Translations under genes and position numbers: made by a program
NCBI RefSeq assembly: GCF_009914755.1
Contig: NC_060930.1
DNA from: the human T2T-CHM13v2.0 reference genome, Homo sapiens
Reading direction: 5' to 3' (one strand)
DNA: 64,000 nt
Shown: positions 63,961 to 64,000 of the stretch, piece by piece
Layout: the number at the start of each line of letters is the position of its first letter
Position numbering within the stretch: position 1 is the stretch's first letter
Notes under the pieces: model-generated
The model's input: only the letters and a program-made list of their open reading frames with translations
The model's database searches: none
What the model was told of the DNA's origin: nothing

Positions 63961-64000
63961 AGCACTAAGGGAAAATAAAGAAGTGCCTTCAGCACTAAGG

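Noticed and set aside
63956-64000. Direct repeat tcagcactaagg twice, 30 bp apart
   Set aside because: Two copies at the window edge. A short local duplication; cannot be evaluated as an array and is not CRISPR-like in this eukaryotic context.

Overview
Mammalian (primate, almost certainly human) genomic DNA covering the 5' end of STXBP5 (tomosyn-1) on the + strand and about 30 kb upstream. Three coding exons can be read directly: 31822-31971, 33256-33353 and 62532-62613. They splice in frame to MRKFNIRKVLDGLTAG...[64 protein letters not shown], the start of the WD40 region. Intron 2 (33354-62531, about 29.2 kb) has the signature of a minor-spliceosome (U12-type, GT-AG) intron. A CpG island with an NRF1 site and a G-quadruplex motif overlaps the first exon. 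A separate promoter-like motif cluster (ZNF143/THAP11 motif, ETS, CCAAT, GC box) lies about 1.2 kb upstream of the island. From recall, the upstream region is spanned by the antisense lncRNA STXBP5-AS1, but its exons cannot be fixed from sequence alone. The rest is interspersed repeats (Alu, L1, L2, L3, MIR, THE1, MLT1, MER50, MER5/20/58) and microsatellites. Repeat boundaries and subfamilies were assigned by eye and are approximate. Nearly all ORFs in the supplied track are repeat-derived or GC-rich artefacts. There are no prokaryote-type systems. The most interesting possibly undescribed signals are post-transcriptional: (i) a 5'-leader in which a strong upstream ATG, an overlapping splice donor/stop and a downstream acceptor could switch a short in-frame uORF into an ORF ending on the main ATG; (ii) a candidate poison exon in intron 1 with an RBFOX motif and a UG-rich element; (iii) an unusually long U12 intron.
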